Of a DNA stretch of 35,003 nt, positions 30,307-35,003 are shown in pieces; within the stretch, counting starts at the first letter, position 1, and every line of letters starts with the position of its first letter. The notes beneath the pieces were generated by a model that ran no database searches, had not been told where the DNA came from, and saw only the letters and a list, made by a program, of their open reading frames with translations. This stretch comes from Catajapyx aquilonaris. Taxonomy: Eukaryota. The translations under genes and the position numbers were made by a program. The stretch is from positions 1 through 35,003 of the forward strand of contig JYFJ02004071.1 in NCBI GenBank assembly GCA_000934665.2, in the 5' to 3' direction.

Positions 30307-30808
30307 CGAAACTACAGGGTGTCAAATGTGCCAATTTTCTCATTTTTGCCCCATACATGCTGTTACTTCGGAGGGCCACAGGATCAGGTTAAATCTTAAA
30401 TATTTAATGTGCGCATTTGAAAGGTATTGTCATTTTATATGAGATGGCCATTCATATATAGGCCTATACATAAGAAAATCCAAAATTTGAATTCAACATG
30501 GTTACCAAAATATTTATATTTTTATTACTCATTAATCGACCCCTACTGTTCATTTTTAATGGGGACTTCAAATAATACGGGAAATGTTTGCGTGAGATTT
30601 CAGCCAAATATGGAGATCAGAAATGGTTTTTGGTAGGATCCACGCGATAACTGCTCATGAATCCTATCATGTGACATTTTTCAAAATTTGGCCTGTGCTA
30701 CAAGCGCTGCGGAGCATGGTAAGGTTTAATACTCTTGTTGTTGACCACAGAAGAGTACTCAGAGGTATTTTGTGTTGAAAAAACTTAGCAAACAATACCT
30801 TTGTTAGC

Positions 30809-32645
30809 TCAGGTTCTGATGCACTTGCATTTGCAAAGCTCAGTGCAGGCCCACATCGCCTTCTTGCAAGCGCACTTTCCTGTGCAACCTGAGGCTGTTT
30901 TGCAGCCACACTTCACAAGTTCACCACACGTCTTAGATGCAACTGATAGTTCTGTCCACAATGGAATCCAGCACTGACTCTCCCTGTCCATTTTCCATCC
31001 CCATCCCTCCGGAGTGGGTAGCTTCTGCTGAGGTATATCACATGTGGACCAGATCCCTGCTTGGTAAACAGACCGCTTTGTATGCTAAAATAGAGCAGAC
31101 TGTGTTGGTGGGATGGCTTCCATTGTTTTGTTTTGCCGATAAAACATTCCTCTGCGGGCTTCATTCACTGACTCCAAGTGGCTTGTTCCTTTGTACATGA
31201 TTACCGTGAAGCGTTCAAGATTTCGGAAGCTGTCACTCTGAATATCCACTGGCATGAACGGATTCTTGGCAATGTTGGTGAAGGCCGCTGTAATTTCCGG
31301 ATATGATTTCCAGGACATCCATTCTGATTTTTTCCCTTTGCCAAGGAATGCTGAAACAGTGTCACAACCAGTGAAGCTGTGAAACACAGGCAAGGCTGTG
31401 GATTTCTCCTTTCCCAATGTTTGTGCAATACCGTTGACCTGGATGTAGGACAAGTTCCTCCCTTTACCGAATGCCACCCAGGTATTGGCCTTGGGACACA
31501 ACTCGTTTAGTTGGTAACACATCTGTCTTCAGACTGGCAATCTTGGATGCTTGTTTGCCGCTGCTTTTCAGAGCAAGAGACTTGAACAGTCGGAGGGAGT
31601 TCTTCTTAATTGGGTCGTGAATAGACTTTTCACAGTCGATTAGGACTGGCTTGCTGTAGTCCTTGAACTGCTGTTCGCCAATCTCTTCGATCGTACGCAC
31701 TGTATTCACCACAGAGTGGTTGAGGACATCATGAGAATCCAAAGTCATCAGTTCTTCAGTTGCATTCAGAAAAGGATTTCCCATTTCCCCGATAGTTTCT
31801 GCAAGGCTCAGCACCTGCTGCTTGAAAGTCTCCTGCGTTGCCAATCCTTCTTCGTGGTGACGGTGCTTTGTCTCTTGCCGGCTGCGACAGGTTTTAAACT
31901 CTGTGAGCAACCGAGCTTGCTCAGGACCAGCTAGCATCCCCTTTCTAAATGCAGAAGGATTTTCAGTGAGGCCAACTGCCCCACCAGAACCCTTTACCAG
32001 CTCATTGTTTTGCTCATGAGCTTGATCAATAGGCATTGCTGCGAACTTGTTCGTTGTCTTACGAACAACCCAATGGCCATGCTTCAGAAATATGGACGGT
32101 GGCAGGTTCTCCATGTCACGAATATGGATAGGGATCCAGCGGGCATAATTCTGGTGGTTCAAGGCGAAGAACCATGGGACCAGGGATTTCAGTGACTCTA
32201 CATACAAAACAAAGTCAGCTTCTCGATGAGCTCTGACAAGGAGGAGACCAAGGAGTTCAAGCCGGAAGATGGTATCCCAGTATTGGAATGTTCTTCAGTG
32301 TCTGGGAACTGTGAAGCATGAAATGCATCTCTTTGAAGCTTCTTCAGAACAACAGCGCATACGTGGTGTGCATGTCTTGTCCTGGTGATATGAGAGCAAC
32401 TCAGAAAAGAATCGGCTGTTCCTGACGAGGCAAGTCCTGTTTGTATCAGAGCGTTTGTCCATCCAGAGCCTTCCAGGTAGTCGCCAATGGTTTTCCACAC
32501 AGCAGCTAACTCTACGTGGAGACCACCTAACATCACCACAAACTTGTCTTCTCCGTGCGTTTCGGGCCATTTCCACTATATGTATTTTGCCATCGCAAAC
32601 AGTTCTGGGTATAAACTTACTGTTTGATATGGTCGATGTGGTCAC
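30809..32645 (-). pseudogene. Academ-type transposase remnant (transposase core, XPG-like H3TH motif, Cys-rich zinc finger)
   Basis: Collinear frameshifted pieces: VMLGGLHVE...LEGSGW; FALNHQNYARW...IDQAHEQNN...GGAVGLTENP; FHSFTGCDTVSAFLGKGKK...IPPTQSAL; CGELVKCGCK...C...C.CKKA...CTELCKC. Confidence 0.8.
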
Positions 32646-32731
32646 TGGTCATTTTGAACAGGCAACTTTAGATGTGTTTTTAATCCTTTGGGGTGGGCTA
32701 CCAATGCACCACCAACTGGGTCCAATGATAT

Positions 32732-33237
32732 TGTGACGAGTCCAGTACTTAGTCCGGACGACATCCAATGTCCATATAAGGACATGGCTAACGGGTTCCT
32801 GGAATAGGAGTCACCCGGTCCGACCCAGGATGTTATGTACATGACCACAAACTGCCGGGTTTCACAAGAGCACAAGCTGGGGGAATTTAAGAGGAAGGGA
32901 TCGAGCAAATAAAAGGAGAGGACACTGACAGAAAGGGGGTTGAAGAGGACAAGAAGGAGTGTGAGGAAGCAGACGAGGCCTGAGACCTGAGGCTGGTACG
33001 AGGCCGTGAAGAGGCGGACCAGCCGAAGACAACTCAACACGACAGATAGATTGAGTATAAGTGTATTATATGGAAGTGTAAATAAACACCAGCATGTTTT
33101 GTACGACTTTAGTTGGTTAATATGAGACACCCGTGTGACTTCTCAGGCTCGGCAAAGCTAGTGCTAACATGTGAGCGCCCCAGGCTCTGGTAAGGGAACA
33201 TGGGGATCAGGGGATACCAATACAGAGCAACGTCACA
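32732..33237 (+). mobile_element. Solo LTR (Gypsy-like)
   Basis: TGTGACG...CGTCACA termini, ATAT TSD (32728-32731, 33238-33241), internal AATAAA at 33081-33086. Confidence 0.85.
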
Positions 33238-33502
33238 ATATACGTAGGAGACACATTGATTTCCTACGGCTCTGTCGAATCGAGTGAAAAATCCCGGGTT
33301 CAAAAATAATATTTAAAGAAGTTTGAAAGCGGACAATTATGAAACTATATGCGCGTCCAATGAACGAGACTTATGGACCTGGTAGTCCCAAGGCAACTAC
33401 TGCCAGGTTTATAAATTTCAGACGGCTACGTCAAATGGGGTGGGATGGAAAGCTTTGAAACCAAAATAATATCTCTGAAACTATGAGGGTCCAACGAACG
33501 GG

Positions 33503-34600
33503 ATAAAAGCATATGACACAGTAAGTAGGGAAGGTTTGTGGGCAGTTCTGAGTCTCTATGGAGTGAAGGGTCGCCTGTTGGAGGCTGTAAAGTCATTGTA
33601 TGAAGAGAGTAGAGCTTGTGTTAGATCTAGTGGGGGTTACGTTTCTCTGACTGGTTTAACATTAGTGTTGGGGTTAAGCAGGGTTGTGTCATGTCTCCCT
33701 GGTTATTTAACTTGTACTTAGATGCATGTGTAAGGGAAGCTATGGTTGAAGGTGTAGGAGTGCAGTTTGGTGATGAGTTAGTCAGTCACTTGCTGTATGC
33801 AGATGATTCTGCCCTTCTGTCGGAGAGTGAGGCTGATTTACAGTTGATCCTATGCAAGTTAGATAATGTTTGTGAAAAGAGGGGTATGAGGATTAACGTA
33901 GATAAGACTACGGTATTATTGGTATTTGAGAGAGGACAGCAGGTTTCTCCTTGCATGTTGCAGGTACGAGGAAAACTGGTTGAGCAGGTCAACCAGTTTG
34001 TATACCTGGGTAGTATCCTTGAGAGTAATGGTAGAATGGATTGGGAGATTGATAGAAGAGTTAGTTCTGGGTTGAAAGTGATAGGTGCCACAAGTAAGTT
34101 TTCTAGAAATAAGGGCTTATCTTCTGCCTGTAGGTTGTCTGCCTATTCCCACGTTATTGTTCCTTCACTTATGTATGGTAGTGAAGCGTGGGTTTGGTCA
34201 GACAGGCATAAGAGTAGATGTTGGCTACAGAGATGCGTTGTCCGGGCTGTTTGTGGGGTTACTAAGTTGTATAGGATTAGGCATGAGGAGATTTTGCAGA
34301 GGTGTAATGTTAAGGAGACTGTTAAAGATAGGGTGTGCAGGTCTACTCTAAGGTGGTTTGGCCATGTGGAGAGGATGAAGGAGGAGGAGATTGTGAAGAA
34401 GGTTTATTTGGGTGGAGTAGTTGGTAAGAGGGGCAAGAGGAGGCCTAGGAAGACATGGTTGGACCAGCTAGGTGGGCCAGTGTCTTAAGGGTGTTGCTAG
34501 TGTTAAGCCTAGACGTTCATGTGTCAATAGAACCATGGATGTGGCTGAAGCTAAGGTTGTTTGTTTGGATAGGTGTAAGTGGCGTAGGTTAAGTAATGGG
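33503..34600 (+). mobile_element. 5'-truncated, frameshifted RTE-like LINE (reverse transcriptase remnant)
   Basis: KAYDTVSREGLW...; GVKQGCVMSPWLFNLYLD; HLLYADD; FVYLGS; LMYGSEAW; LRWFGHVERM; RRPRKTW. Frameshift between the 33536 and 33691 ORFs. Confidence 0.9.
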
Positions 34601-34912
34601 TAGAATATTCACGGGTTTGTGAGGAATTGCAGTGTCCATTGAATTTTTCCGAATGGCTAGACTCGCTAGAGTGTTTGCAGGTTGGTGGGAGAAGTCGGCG
34701 TCTGGAAGTTCATACTCAGGCAGTCAGGCTCTGGGTTCTGTGCAGAACTACAAGGTTGGCAAATATCTCTTGCACAGTAATGCATAGGTTGACACCGGTA
34801 GTCATGCTTGCAAGGGTGTCTGCCTCTCTCTCTGTCCTGCACAGCACTTGGAGTTCGAGTGTGGATTTCCGTATGCTGGTTCTTCTCGCTGGCTTGTGGG
34901 TGTTCTGGTCGT

Positions 34913-34958
34913 TTGGAGGTGAATATTCCAGTCACTTGGAGGTAAATATTCCAGTCAC
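34913..34958. repeat. 23-bp tandem duplication
   Basis: TTGGAGGT(G/A)AATATTCCAGTCAC twice. Confidence 0.85.
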
Positions 34959-35003
34959 TTGGGGGAATTTAATAGTTGCTGATTCCTCTTCCAGGGGGAT
35001 GGG

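Larger units (their letters stand above)
29460..32645 (-). mobile_element. Decayed Academ-like DNA transposon (3' portion with probable terminus)
   Basis: Fragmented transposase at 30809-32645, followed by a structured non-coding region ending in TAGGGTGG at 29460. Assigning 29460-30800 to this element is inferred from adjacency. Confidence 0.6.

Noticed and set aside
33300..33500. Possible Harbinger transposase fragment (NYMR-like motif)
   Set aside because: Too short and degenerate to support.
34913..34958. CRISPR-like repeat
   Set aside because: Two adjacent units with no spacer in a eukaryotic context; a simple tandem duplication.

Overview
Eukaryotic (arthropod, most likely insect) genomic DNA with three protein-coding genes in a dense transposon background. 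(1) The last coding exon of actin-related protein 6 (Arp6, + strand, 5670-5799), which the ORF track misses. (2) A complete 10-exon tryptophan hydroxylase gene (Trh, - strand, 15705->6244; 1500 nt CDS, 499 aa). (3) A complete 5-exon JNK-interacting protein 1 / Aplip1 gene (+ strand, 18604->28005; 1542 nt CDS, 513 aa, SH3+PTB). Trh and JIP1 are head-to-head about 2.9 kb apart, with two perfect CRE palindromes between them. Trh and Arp6 are tail-to-tail, and their candidate polyA signals cross. Introns and flanks carry many mobile elements: two long-TIR Tc4/Tc5-like elements in CTCAG targets, Tc1/mariner foldbacks built from two 5' ends or two 3' ends, piggyBac, hAT, Harbinger and pogo-type MITEs, tRNA-derived SINEs, a young 1.1-kb TRIM-like LTR element, a solo LTR, a decayed Academ transposon and a 5'-truncated RTE LINE. 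I found no evidence for a wholly new gene system; the best leads are regulatory arrangements and unusual transposon structures. Splice junctions were read by hand and are phase-consistent. Family names come from motif recognition, not database searches.
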